A stretch of DNA of 39,188 nt. It comes from Pseudomonadota bacterium. GTDB lineage: Bacteria > Bdellovibrionota > Bdellovibrionia > Bdellovibrionales > SG-bin7. Below are positions 26,958 through 36,584 of this stretch, piece after piece; position 1 is the stretch's first letter; the number at the start of each line of letters is the position of its first letter. Where the stretch lies: NCBI GenBank assembly GCA_034439715.1, contig JAWXAY010000069.1, positions 1 to 39,188 of the forward strand, given 5' to 3'. Made by a program: the position numbers and the translations under genes. Under the pieces are notes generated by a model that saw nothing but the letters and a program-made list of their open reading frames with translations, searched no databases and was not told the origin of the DNA.

Positions 26958-28606
26958 TACGATTCCCTCCTGCTAAGCCAGAGTGAAAAGGCATTAGCGG
27001 ATTTTTCTGGATCTCGGTCGATGTAGGACATAATACGTTCTTTTAAAAGTTCGCTTTCAGCTTTGTCAGGATCCACCGACTCTTCAAGCTGAGGTAAGGC
27101 TGAACTCATGCCCGGTAGCGTGTGATCAACCGTTTGTAAGTCCTCAAGTTCTTCGATGGTTTTTGGTAAAATGTCGTCAACACTTTCTTGAAAACTGTCT
27201 GTAACCCAGCGCATGAAGGGACGTAATACCACATAGTACATCAGCATGACGATGCCGCCCAACATTATCCAGCGGAGCACAAACTCCAGTAACTTTCTTC
27301 TTTCTAAAGTGGACATTTGTTTTTCCGCTTCTACAAAATCCTCTTTGGTAAACTGAAAGTTTTCAACTTTAACAGAGTCTCCTCGCGAAGTATTAAATCC
27401 GATGGCATTCTTAACGATTTCCTCGTATTTCAACAACTCGACGGGATCTCTGGCTTTCCAAGTCTCCTTGTCGTCGCCACTTTCTAATTTTTCTGTGGTT
27501 ATAACTCCGTCGACCAAAACCGCAACAGTAATTTTTTCTATGCCGCCGGCTCCCTGAGCAATTTGTTTTGTCGTTTTAGGAACTTCGTAGCTAGTATTTT
27601 TTATTTCCTTTTTTTGATTTTGATTAAAGCCCACTTGTCCTTGATCCTGCGCTCCCGGTAAATTAGCTCTTGCGCCGGGCACCCCAGCAGGATTAGTGCG
27701 TCCTCCATTGAGCGATTCTTCCTCGGTCGTAATATTTTTGACGGCACTTCGATCTTGGTCATACATTTCTTCAACAGTATTAGTTTTGTTTGGATTTAGA
27801 TGCACATTAGCTTTAGCAATTACTTTTCCGGCGCCAACTACTTTGCCAAGTATTTCTTGAACTTTATTCTCAATTTCGGTTTGGATCTTTTGCTGCATAT
27901 CTACTAGCTCAGAGGTAATTCCCCCTTCACCTGAATGAGCTTTTGACAGCATTTTTCCGAAGGAGTCCACTACGGTTACCGCTCCTGGTTCTAATCCTTC
28001 AACCGCACTTGCAACAATATTCGAAATACCTCGAACTTGCTCTTCAGATAAAATCTTTCCCGGATAGAGCTCCACAACTACCGAGGCTGTTGGGCTTCCT
28101 CCCTCTTCAAGAAATGTTTTCTTTTCAGGCAGTGCTAATATTACTTTTGATTTTTTAACAGCCGAAAGCGTGTTGATAGATCGAGTCAGTTCCCCTTGTA
28201 GGGCTCTTTGATAATTTATTCTTTGCACATAGGAGGTTGTGCCAAAATCTTGTTTATCGAACAACTCAAGTCCCACCGAACCTAGATTTTTTGATCCGAT
28301 CTCCGCCATTAACGCCATTTGAGTTGCGTGAAGTAGAGTTGACGGAATCGCAATAGTTTGGCCGTTATCAGTCATTTTAAACGGCACATTCTTCTGCTGA
28401 AGGGAATTCACTATCATCGGCAAATGCTCTTGTGAAACGTTTTTGAATAACGGCTTATATTCGTGGCCCGAGAGCATTCCCGCCATAATCGCAACGGCTA
28501 TTCCCAAAATGACAAATGATCCAACAAACGAGATACGCTTGATAGGTGTCAGACTTTTGTAAAAATCCCTTAGTTGCGCAACGAGACTTGAAGTAAAATT
28601 TTTCAA
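26957..28606 (-). CDS. fliF: Flagellar MS-ring protein FliF
   Basis: G.ELFD...FGTT...Q.INYQRALQGEL.RSI, TASVVV, IVASAVEGL, GVPGARAN; two TM segments; TTG start with GGAGG SD. Confidence 0.97.
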   Translation of the reverse strand: MKNFTSSLVAQLRDFYKSLTPIKRISFVGSFVILGIAVAIMAGMLSGHEYKPLFKNVSQEHLPMIVNSLQQKNVPFKMTDNGQTIAIPSTLLHATQMALMAEIGSKNLGSVGLELFDKQDFGTTSYVQRINYQRALQGELTRSINTLSAVKKSKVILALPEKKTFLEEGGSPTASVVVELYPGKILSEEQVRGISNIVASAVEGLEPGAVTVVDSFGKMLSKAHSGEGGITSELVDMQQKIQTEIENKVQEILGKVVGAGKVIAKANVHLNPNKTNTVEEMYDQDRSAVKNITTEEESLNGGRTNPAGVPGARANLPGAQDQGQVGFNQNQKKEIKNTSYEVPKTTKQIAQGAGGIEKITVAVLVDGVITTEKLESGDDKETWKARDPVELLKYEEIVKNAIGFNTSRGDSVKVENFQFTKEDFVEAEKQMSTLERRKLLEFVLRWIMLGGIVMLMYYVVLRPFMRWVTDSFQESVDDILPKTIEELEDLQTVDHTLPGMSSALPQLEESVDPDKAESELLKERIMSYIDRDPEKSANAFSLWLSRRES

Positions 28607-28626
28607 GCACTACCTCCAAAATATAA

Positions 28627-28956
28627 TCATACCTGCATTTTCATTATTTCGTTATAAGCGTCGATGATCTTGTTTCGAACCTGGACCATTAATTTAAGTG
28701 AGATATCTGCTTTCTCGGCAGCAATCAAAACGTCTGGGATACTTTCAGCTTTTCCCGTTGCCAATTTTTGCATTTCGACGTCGGCTTTTTTCTGAAGTTC
28801 ATTGACCTGTCCCATTGCATCTTTGAGTGTCGAAGCAAATGTTTTGCCATCGGCTCCACCGCCGCCCTTGATAGAAGTGCTTTTCTCACCCAACTTGTTG
28901 AATTCACCAATTCCATTTACGGAGTTGGAAATATTTCTAATGCTTAAACCATCCAT
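28627..28956 (-). CDS. fliE: Flagellar hook-basal body protein FliE
   Basis: F...LKDA...VN..Q, VQVRNKIIDAYNEIMKMQV. Confidence 0.97.
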   Translation of the reverse strand: MDGLSIRNISNSVNGIGEFNKLGEKSTSIKGGGGADGKTFASTLKDAMGQVNELQKKADVEMQKLATGKAESIPDVLIAAEKADISLKLMVQVRNKIIDAYNEIMKMQV

Positions 28957-28981
28957 GGCTTCTCCTTATCTCTATCTATTT

Positions 28982-29419
28982 CTATCTGCCAATTTCAAGG
29001 CTTGTTATCGCCATATCTTTTACCGCGCTCATTGCCGAAACGTTTGCCTCATAGGCACGAGTTGCCTGAATCATATTTGTCATCTCGGTCATTAAATCAA
29101 TATTCGGATAGGCTACGTTCCCATTCTCATCAGCCTCGGGGTGATTGGGCTCAAATTTTAGCAATGGAGCGCCTCTATCAACCAGAACATCTGCCACCTG
29201 TACTCTTTGCGTGGCGACATCTTCGGGACTGGTCAATATTTCACCAAAGCTACGCGCATCTTGAACGGCTTCAAACACCACGTCCTTTCGGCGATAGGGT
29301 CCGCCTTCAGGTGTTCGGGTAGTGTTTATATTAGCGAGGTTTGAGGCAATGGTATTGAGTCGCATGCGATTAGCTGACATTCCGCTGCCAGTGACTCTCA
29401 TCCCGGTTACAAAATCCAT
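28982..29419 (-). CDS. flgC: Flagellar rod protein FlgC
   Basis: SGM.A.R.RLNTIASNLAN..TT, GGPYRRK, P.HP.AD..G.V.YPN, RAYEAN. Confidence 0.98.
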   Translation of the reverse strand: MDFVTGMRVTGSGMSANRMRLNTIASNLANINTTRTPEGGPYRRKDVVFEAVQDARSFGEILTSPEDVATQRVQVADVLVDRGAPLLKFEPNHPEADENGNVAYPNIDLMTEMTNMIQATRAYEANVSAMSAVKDMAITSLEIGR

Positions 29420-29814
29420 TATCTTCCTCCGTCAGTAGCCGCGTACTTCATGGCTGCGAGCTTTTTATTAATAAGCTGGATCGCTGCCTTGTAGAGAACT
29501 GTATTCTCTGCAAGTGCTGCCATCTCTCGCTCCAGGTCCACTGTGTTTCCGTCATTGGTGAGATTGATGTCGGGATTGTCATACACATCAGGCGAAATGG
29601 CGTCGATTTGATTGCTCGTTGGCGCGCTAAAACTCTCAAATTTTTCTTGTGTGGCAATAGCCTTTGCTAAGGCCGCCTCGAAATCTACTTTTTTTGCTTT
29701 GTATCCCGGTGTCTCCGCATTAGCGATATTGCTGTTGAGGAGATTCTGTTTAACTAGCCTCATGTCAACGGATTTATCTAATGCCGAAATTGTATTGTCA
29801 AATAGGCCACTCAT
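29419..29814 (-). CDS. flgB: Flagellar rod protein FlgB
   Basis: SNIANAETPGYKAK.V.F, DGNTVDLEREM. Confidence 0.97.
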   Translation of the reverse strand: MSGLFDNTISALDKSVDMRLVKQNLLNSNIANAETPGYKAKKVDFEAALAKAIATQEKFESFSAPTSNQIDAISPDVYDNPDINLTNDGNTVDLEREMAALAENTVLYKAAIQLINKKLAAMKYAATDGGR

Positions 29815-29815
29815 A

Positions 29816-30745
29816 CTAATCTAGCCCTCCATACTCATGAATCTTATTACGTAGCGTTCTTACAGAAATTCCCAAAATTTTTGCGGCCCTAGTTCGATTT
29901 CGATTGGTGAATGTTAAAGTCTGCTCAATCAACCACTTTTCTGCAGCTTCTAAAGTAATTCCAGGACGTATTTGTGGCCGCTCAACCACCTCGTTACCTT
30001 CGTGCACTCGTATGTCTTCAGCAGAAAGAGTAACGCTTGCACAGAGAAGGACTGAGCGTTCAATAACATTTTGAAGTTCACGGATATTTCCAGGCCAACT
30101 CCAGCCCTTTAATTTCTCAATGGCTTCCTGAGACAGTTTTTTGCTAGGTCTCTGATTTACGCGGCAGGAGGATTCAACAAAATTTGTAGCAAGTATTTCG
30201 ACATCATGAAGGCGCTCACGCAAAGGCGGAACAAATAATGGAACGACATTCAATCGGTAGAATAGGTCATTTCTAAAGTCACCTTTTTCTACCAGTGACT
30301 TCAAATCCTTGTTTGATGTAGCGATGAGACGCAGGTCTACCTTTACAGTACTGCATCCACCCAATCGTTCAATTTCTCCCTCTTGAATAACCCTCAAAAT
30401 TTTGGCCTGAAGCAACAGGGGCATTTCGCTTATTTCGTCTAATAAAAAGCTACCCCCACTCGCCAGTTCGAACTTACCGATTTTTCTTTGCACGGCGCCT
30501 GTAAACGCTCCCTTTTCAAAACCAAACAACTCACTTTCGAGTAATCCTTCTGGCAGGGCAGCACAGTTAACGGCTACAAATGGTTTCTCGGCCCTAGCGC
30601 TCTTTTTGTGTATATACCGCGCCAATAATTCTTTGCCACAGCCGCTCTCACCGCTGATAAGTACAGTAGCCCTACTTGTGGCCACGTTAGCAGCTGTTTC
30701 GAGAATCTTTTTAAGTTGAGGGTCAACGGTGAGAATATTTCTCAT
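29816..30745 (-). CDS. sigma54-dependent transcriptional activator (AAA+ and Fis-type HTH) without an N-terminal regulatory domain
   Basis: [68 protein letters not shown]; only 309 aa. Confidence 0.93.
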   Translation of the reverse strand: MRNILTVDPQLKKILETAANVATSRATVLISGESGCGKELLARYIHKKSARAEKPFVAVNCAALPEGLLESELFGFEKGAFTGAVQRKIGKFELASGGSFLLDEISEMPLLLQAKILRVIQEGEIERLGGCSTVKVDLRLIATSNKDLKSLVEKGDFRNDLFYRLNVVPLFVPPLRERLHDVEILATNFVESSCRVNQRPSKKLSQEAIEKLKGWSWPGNIRELQNVIERSVLLCASVTLSAEDIRVHEGNEVVERPQIRPGITLEAAEKWLIEQTLTFTNRNRTRAAKILGISVRTLRNKIHEYGGLD

Positions 30746-33471
30746 GGTTTTTTTCGACCCTCCATGGCTGGAATTCGATTTATGTATCTATTGTATTCGT
30801 CGTCAAACATTTTGCCTTTGGCCTGTTCTTTCGCCAACTTTCCCCAAACATTTGTTTTATCTTCTTGTAATGGCTTCCAATAATTTTCAGCTCCCTTAAG
30901 GTCACCTTTATCAAACAAAAGTTTTCCAAGACGATAACGTACTGGCTCTAATGATCGCTCACTTTCAAACTTCTCTAAGAGCAGGGAGTACACTGTCAGA
31001 GCCTCGTCATTCTTTTTGAGCGAGAGCAAAGTGTCGCCTTGAGCTTGAAGGGCATCCGCCAAAACCTTTTTGTCGACCTCTTGAGTATCCTGGGCCAAAT
31101 TGATTACCTTTTGGAGACTATCTCTGGCGGCCGCCAGATTCTTAACATGAATTTGCGCTTTGGCTAATCTCAGATAGATGCCAGCGACTTGTTGTGGTTG
31201 TCCCTTCCACGTGTCAATAAGTTTTTTATACTGATCAATCGCTGAATGATAGTCCGATTTACTTTCGGCTATTTTTGCCATTATTTCTGTGCGTTCCACT
31301 TTTTCAGGAGGACTGAGCGCTTCAATTCCTTTTACCTTTTGAATATAGTCATAGGCCATGCCAAAATCTTTTTTGTTGGCAGCTACGTTGGCTATTCTTA
31401 AATTGACAGAATCTGTTGACGGTACGGATTCAAAAACGCCTCTTTCTTTTTCGAGGTCAGTTCCTTTAATTGCGTAAAGCTTATTGACTATTCCCCGATA
31501 AATTGAAAGTGCCTCATCGTCGACCGACAATTTTTCGTGAGCCCGCGCCACGTGGAATTTAATATCTATACGATCGTCACCTTTGAGCCACGAGTCTGAA
31601 TAAGTAGCGAACTCTCTCAACGCCAATACCTCGTTGCCAGTTTCGACTAAATGTTTGGTCCTCTCGGTAATGGCTCGAACAATTCGTTTTTTAAAAACTT
31701 CTAGGTTGGGTGATGTCGGATTGTCTTGGTAAAACTTAATGAGGGGCTCAATCGCCTTTTCGTGTTCCGCCCTTCCAAAAAATCCATCGGATATCATTAG
31801 GGTAATGAATTCATTAATCTCCTTTAATTGAGACTGATCCCTTATTTCGTTGAGCTCCTTAAGTGCCGAGGCCAACTCTTTTTCTCTCATTGTTTTCATG
31901 CGATGACTAATAATCCGTGCGCGGGAAATCTTTGCACCCTCCGACCCTCGATATCTAAAGTATCCTTCTAGAAAAGCGCCTAAAGTGCGCCTTTCATCGG
32001 CGCCAAATATCTCAAGCAATTCGCCTAAACGCGCCATTGCAAAACCACAATGTTGATGAGCTGGAAACCTACGTAGAAAATCTCTATATCCCTCGAGACT
32101 TTCTTTATGTCGGCCCAGCCAAAATAACGATTCTGCTTTATTGTAAAATGCATTGGGGTAATCCTTAGCACTTTCAGGGTATTTTTTTGTAGCGACGTTG
32201 TAAGCTTCAATCGTCTTTAAATAGTCTGCCTGTTTAAAGTAGACATCACCCATCGAATATTGACTATCGATGGCGGCCTTTTGGGACCGAGGAGCAGCCA
32301 GGATTTCTTCATAGGCGTTAATGGCGTCATCGGGTTTCTTTAACGTTAAGTAGGCCTCTGCAATAGTAAGCCTGACGTTGTCATAATATTTGGAACTCGG
32401 GCGATAGCGAAGAAATCTCTGAAGGCCCATCAAAGCGCCCAAGCTATCTCCCTTTTCAAGATAAGAATACCCCAAAAGCAAAAGCGTTCGCTCGACCAGT
32501 GGCGAATCGGGATATTTCTCGATTAATCCGCGGTAAAGTGTGGCTGCTTTTTCGAACTCGGGATTACCCTTGGATTTCTGCCATAGATCATAGTAGACGT
32601 CGGCTTCCATATAATCGACAATTTCGCTGTATTTTGATTTCGGGAATTGCTTTCTAAATAGTTCAAGTGTTTTTAAGAACACTGCTGGTCTTTTTTTGTT
32701 GAAAAGAGTGAGGAGAAGTCTCGCCACTTTGTTCTCGTCCGTCTCTTGTGGCACAACTTCGTAAAGTGGCGGACTATTTAGCAGATCTTTAAGGTGAGGT
32801 CTCTCTACCCTCAACTGAGGAAAACTAATATAGATGTTTCGTTGACTTGCAATTTTTGCTTCTTCGCGAATTTCGTAATCCTTAATAGAGAATCGAGTAA
32901 AGTCAGGGTCTCCGCCGTCGAAAATTCCATGGCGGAACTCTAGCTCCTTCTCAGCTAGCGCATCTTCCTTAAACTTGCCCTTTATGAATTCGGTTGCCGC
33001 TGGCTTTCTCTTTCCGGGTAGTTTCGTTGCCACCTTTGTGGGTGTTATGGGCGTAGACACCTTCTCTGCAGCTTTCTTTTGGGGTTCTTCGTCCGTATAG
33101 AAATCTAAAATTAATCGCGGTGGATCGTCTGTTAGATAGTCAAAGGCTTGTATATTTTTGTCAGAGACGTGAAACGTCAGAAGCGTTTTTCCTGAAGTAC
33201 CTGCCTTACCCACAGTTACTTTTGTTACCTGCCCACCCTTCCAGTTTTTTGCTTTTCGAATGGCCTCATCACTCATCTCTGGCAAAGTGAGCTCGACTTT
33301 AACTTCTCCATCTATCACTTTGCGGCTCAAGTCATAATCCCACTGACCTTTGCCCAGGAACTCCACATGCACTGTATCGCTTTCGTGAGTGAATTCCCCA
33401 TAGGCTTGGCCACTGGCCAAGAGCCGAGCTGAAAAAAAGAGGAGCAAGACTAAAGCAATGTATTTCTTCAT
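30742..33471 (-). CDS. Large exported TPR-repeat protein, first gene of the flagellar basal-body operon
   Basis: Signal peptide [20 protein letters not shown]-terminal beta domain ending [11 protein letters not shown]; many TPR-like units ([41 protein letters not shown]). Confidence 0.85.
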   Translation of the reverse strand: MKKYIALVLLLFFSARLLASGQAYGEFTHESDTVHVEFLGKGQWDYDLSRKVIDGEVKVELTLPEMSDEAIRKAKNWKGGQVTKVTVGKAGTSGKTLLTFHVSDKNIQAFDYLTDDPPRLILDFYTDEEPQKKAAEKVSTPITPTKVATKLPGKRKPAATEFIKGKFKEDALAEKELEFRHGIFDGGDPDFTRFSIKDYEIREEAKIASQRNIYISFPQLRVERPHLKDLLNSPPLYEVVPQETDENKVARLLLTLFNKKRPAVFLKTLELFRKQFPKSKYSEIVDYMEADVYYDLWQKSKGNPEFEKAATLYRGLIEKYPDSPLVERTLLLLGYSYLEKGDSLGALMGLQRFLRYRPSSKYYDNVRLTIAEAYLTLKKPDDAINAYEEILAAPRSQKAAIDSQYSMGDVYFKQADYLKTIEAYNVATKKYPESAKDYPNAFYNKAESLFWLGRHKESLEGYRDFLRRFPAHQHCGFAMARLGELLEIFGADERRTLGAFLEGYFRYRGSEGAKISRARIISHRMKTMREKELASALKELNEIRDQSQLKEINEFITLMISDGFFGRAEHEKAIEPLIKFYQDNPTSPNLEVFKKRIVRAITERTKHLVETGNEVLALREFATYSDSWLKGDDRIDIKFHVARAHEKLSVDDEALSIYRGIVNKLYAIKGTDLEKERGVFESVPSTDSVNLRIANVAANKKDFGMAYDYIQKVKGIEALSPPEKVERTEIMAKIAESKSDYHSAIDQYKKLIDTWKGQPQQVAGIYLRLAKAQIHVKNLAAARDSLQKVINLAQDTQEVDKKVLADALQAQGDTLLSLKKNDEALTVYSLLLEKFESERSLEPVRYRLGKLLFDKGDLKGAENYWKPLQEDKTNVWGKLAKEQAKGKMFDDEYNRYINRIPAMEGRKKP

Positions 33472-33507
33472 TAGACCTCTGATGGGGTTCCCTCTCTAAC
33501 AGTACAT

Positions 33508-33524
33508 AGCACGCTTAATGCCAA
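33508..33524 (-). promoter_or_regulatory. sigma54 (-24/-12) promoter of the TPR-activator-flgB...flgE operon
   Basis: Minus strand TTGGCATTAAGCGTGCT, exact GG-N10-GC, about 37 nt upstream of ATG 33471. Confidence 0.75.
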
Positions 33525-33675
33525 ATTTATTTGTGATTCAAAGGCCTTCTATTGGCTCCTGAATTCAAACTCACTTTTCTGGACGATGAAATATTGTCAC
33601 AAGACCACAAACCTATGACACGCCTAAGGTTTTTCCAAACTAATGTCCAGCCACACTTTTTTTTGAAGTTGTTTT

Positions 33676-33702
33676 TATATTCTTTCTTAAAGTTTCCGAT
33701 AG
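33676..33702 (+). promoter_or_regulatory. Putative FliA (sigma28) promoter for the lipoprotein-mla operon
   Basis: TATA-N15-TCCGATAG; the -10 octamer is identical to that at 3809-3816. Confidence 0.5.
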
Positions 33703-33731
33703 TTTATCAGCAGGATGGGCCACTAGTGGAT

Positions 33732-34226
33732 ATGAAACAAAAATGCGCATCAACGATAGTCCTATTGAGCCTTTGTCTAAGTGGCTGTATTTCAATATCA
33801 ACGCCAAAAGCGGAAAAAAAAATAGCCAAGGGAATTGATTTTACGGCCCCTAAAAATCCCTATGCAGAATTTCAGTTGGATTCTGCCGATCGTGCTTGGC
33901 AGAATCCGAGTACCGGTAACACGATTTCATTCATGTCCAGTTGTGATGGCTCCGGCGATCAGTCGCTCGAATCACTATTTGAATCATCAATAGAGGGCAT
34001 TGAAAATCTAAGGATATCTGATCAAAGAAAGATACCCTTTAATCAGAGAGAAGCTCTGGAGTCTACGATTCTAGGAAAAGTCGACGGCATTGGCATTCAG
34101 GTACGATTAATTATTTTCAAAAAAAATAACTGCACTTTTAATTTAAGTTATATTGGCAGCCTCTCGTCTTACATGAAGGGCTACAGCGACTTTGCTAACT
34201 TTGTTAAGGAGTTCAAAGTTCCATGA
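33732..34226 (+). CDS. Lipoprotein, possibly DcrB/PsbP-like fold
   Basis: Start re-called at ATG 33732, giving MKQKCASTIVLLSLCLSG|C lipobox. The fold call is by pattern only. Confidence 0.7.
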   Translation: MKQKCASTIVLLSLCLSGCISISTPKAEKKIAKGIDFTAPKNPYAEFQLDSADRAWQNPSTGNTISFMSSCDGSGDQSLESLFESSIEGIENLRISDQRKIPFNQREALESTILGKVDGIGIQVRLIIFKKNNCTFNLSYIGSLSSYMKGYSDFANFVKEFKVP

Positions 34227-35014
34227 TGCAAATTTTAGCAACAGCCGCAAGCACTCACCTTCTAAGCATTTTTGAGTTTTTTGGCGGCACTTTTATTCTA
34301 TTTAAGAAAAGTATTTCTGAATGTCTTCACCGACCGTTTTACCTTTCGCTCATCAATGAACAGATTTATCATATCGGCGTCCGCTCACTGCCGCTCATTA
34401 TTATTACCTTGAGTGCCATTGGAATGGTCATGACCATGCAATTTGGTTTAGGGCTTCAGAAGTTTGGCGGAACTCTTTATGTACCTAGGATTGTCTCCGT
34501 TTCAATTGTTCGCGAGCTGGGTCCTGTTTTCACAGGCCTCATGATTGCCGGCCGCGTGGGAGCGGGCATCGCCTCCGAGATTGGCTCAATGGCAGTTACC
34601 CAACAAATCGATGCCATACGCGCCCTAGGAACCTCACCCATCAAACGAATTGTTGTTCCACGAATCATAGGTACTTGTATTGCCCTTCCTCTTCTAACTC
34701 TTTTCGCTAATATCGTTGGCCTACTTGGCGGAATCATAATAGGCAAAAGCGACTTGAACTTAGCACCGTCATTTTACTACAACAAAATATTTGAAACTGT
34801 AACGCTTATGGATTTTTCGACCGGGCTATTCAAGTCCTTCGTCTTTGCCCTTGTTATCTCAATATCAGGTTGTTACTACGGCTTGAGGGTAAAAGGCGGC
34901 ACCCGAGAAGTGGGCGCTGCTACTACTCAAACAGTCGTGATGGCCTCAATTTTAATTTTAGTAAGTGATTTTTTCTTAACAAAAATATTTTTTATCTGGG
35001 AAAAATGGAATTAA
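34223..35014 (+). CDS. mlaE: MlaE-family ABC transporter permease
   Basis: IGVRSLP, VRELGPVFTGLMIAGRVGAGIASEIGSM..TQQIDA.RALG..P, GG...VG.ATT..VV. Confidence 0.95.
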   Translation: MMQILATAASTHLLSIFEFFGGTFILFKKSISECLHRPFYLSLINEQIYHIGVRSLPLIIITLSAIGMVMTMQFGLGLQKFGGTLYVPRIVSVSIVRELGPVFTGLMIAGRVGAGIASEIGSMAVTQQIDAIRALGTSPIKRIVVPRIIGTCIALPLLTLFANIVGLLGGIIIGKSDLNLAPSFYYNKIFETVTLMDFSTGLFKSFVFALVISISGCYYGLRVKGGTREVGAATTQTVVMASILILVSDFFLTKIFFIWEKWN

Positions 35015-35757
35015 TTCGAATCAACAACCTATGCAAAAGTTTTGACAAAAAAAACGTTCACAAGGGCGTTTCTTTTTCTGTCATCAAGGGTGAGTGCCTC
35101 GGGCTTCTAGGTGGCTCAGGTACTGGCAAAAGTTTGATTTTAAGGAGTATGATTGGGCTTGAAAAAATTGACTCAGGTGAAATTAGGATAGCAGGTACCG
35201 ATATTACCAAGTTTAATGAACGTGAACTGTTGAGTGTTCGGCAGAAAGTGGCCTATGCCTTTCAAGGGGGCGCCCTCTTTGACTCGATGACAGTCTTTGA
35301 TAATTTGGCCTACCCACTTCGAGAGCATACTAAGCTCACAGAAACAGATATTTACCAAAAAGTACTAAAGACTCTCAGCGATTTTGATCTCAAAGGGAAC
35401 GAATACCTTTTGCCCGCAAGCCTCTCGGGTGGAATGCAAAAACGAGTGGGACTGGCCAGGGCAATAATTTTAGAGCCTGATATTATTCTCTACGATGAAC
35501 CCACGGCTGGGCTCGACCCTTATAATACCAAAGTAATTCAAGATACAATTTTAAGATTAAAAGCAACGGGAGTGACTTCAATACTCGTCACACACGATAT
35601 GCCAAGCGCGTTGGCGGTTTGCGACCGCATCATGATGTTAATGAATGGCAAGATTGTGGCGACCGCTACGCCCGCAGAGGTTCGCGAACAACCAGCCGGC
35701 GTAATAAAAAACTTTATGATGGGTTTTCACCAAAAAAGACAGAAGGGAAGAGACTGA
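35005..35757 (+). CDS. mlaF: MlaF/Mkl-family ABC transporter ATPase
   Basis: GGSGTGKS, FQGGALFDSMTV..N.AYPLREH, LSGGMQKRVGLARA, YDEPTAGLDP, VTHD. Confidence 0.95.
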   Translation: MELIRINNLCKSFDKKNVHKGVSFSVIKGECLGLLGGSGTGKSLILRSMIGLEKIDSGEIRIAGTDITKFNERELLSVRQKVAYAFQGGALFDSMTVFDNLAYPLREHTKLTETDIYQKVLKTLSDFDLKGNEYLLPASLSGGMQKRVGLARAIILEPDIILYDEPTAGLDPYNTKVIQDTILRLKATGVTSILVTHDMPSALAVCDRIMMLMNGKIVATATPAEVREQPAGVIKNFMMGFHQKRQKGRD

Positions 35758-36584
35758 TGCCAGGAAAAAAAGAGGAGTTAGTAGTCGGTGTCTTTGTGGG
35801 AGTTGGACTTCTATTTTTAAGTGCCATGGCTATCATGTTGGGAGGGGATAAAATTCTCTTTCATCAATATTATCGTATTAAAGCAAATTTTGAAAATGTC
35901 GATGGCTTAGTTCAGGGTAGCGTGGTTTCTGTAGCCGGAGTTAACGTAGGTAAAATCGAAAAAATTGTCTTTTCTAAAGAAGGACAAAAACTCGAAGTCA
36001 TATTGCTAATTGATCAAGAGTATCAAAAACGCATCGCCCGAAATTCCACCGCAAAAATATTAACCCAAGGGGCATTAGGAGATAAGTTTGTTTTTATCTC
36101 TCCTGGTTTAATAGGTGAGCCGACACTTAAAAACGGAGATACAATCTCAACGCATGAGCAAGGTGATTTTTTAGGAGTTCTCTCTGAAAACTCGGGCGGC
36201 ATTAAGGATATTTTTGCAATTATTAAGGAGATCCATACCCTGCTGCAGAATGTAAATGGCGAAGGAAGAAGTTTAAGCGTCATGAAAAATCTCAATACAA
36301 GTACCGAAAACCTGAACGAACTGATCGGCGCGCTCAAGAAAATTTTAATCGACATCGAAAAAGAAGTTGGTGAGGATAAGAAACTGAAGAGGTCGCTAAC
36401 ACATATAACAAACATTTTAGAAAAAATAGATCGCGGCAGCGGCACTTTGGGATCTTTAATAAATGATCCTACGCTCTACCAAAGATTGCAAGAGATAGTG
36501 GGATCGCCCTCTCGCAAGGGATATCTCAAGGGAGTGATAAGAAAGAGTATCGAAACTAAGGATGTATCTCAAGAAAGTTTATGA
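35757..36584 (+). CDS. mlaD: MlaD/MCE-domain protein with C-terminal helical extension
   Basis: Start at ATG 35757 (TGATG coupling); VGVFV TM, F.NVDGL..GS.V..AGV.VGKI, ILTQGALGDKFV.I.PG, GTLG.LINDP.LY. Confidence 0.93.
   Translation: MPGKKEELVVGVFVGVGLLFLSAMAIMLGGDKILFHQYYRIKANFENVDGLVQGSVVSVAGVNVGKIEKIVFSKEGQKLEVILLIDQEYQKRIARNSTAKILTQGALGDKFVFISPGLIGEPTLKNGDTISTHEQGDFLGVLSENSGGIKDIFAIIKEIHTLLQNVNGEGRSLSVMKNLNTSTENLNELIGALKKILIDIEKEVGEDKKLKRSLTHITNILEKIDRGSGTLGSLINDPTLYQRLQEIVGSPSRKGYLKGVIRKSIETKDVSQESL

Noticed and set aside
7739..32210. Numerous 60-130 aa alternative-frame or antisense ORFs inside flagellar genes
   Set aside because: All overlap well-supported conserved genes and show no independent coding evidence.
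33552..33731. 60-aa N-terminal extension of the lipoprotein ORF (and likewise 35619-35756 for mlaD)
   Set aside because: The extensions would bury the lipobox signal or overlap mlaF; the downstream ATGs give proper N-termini.
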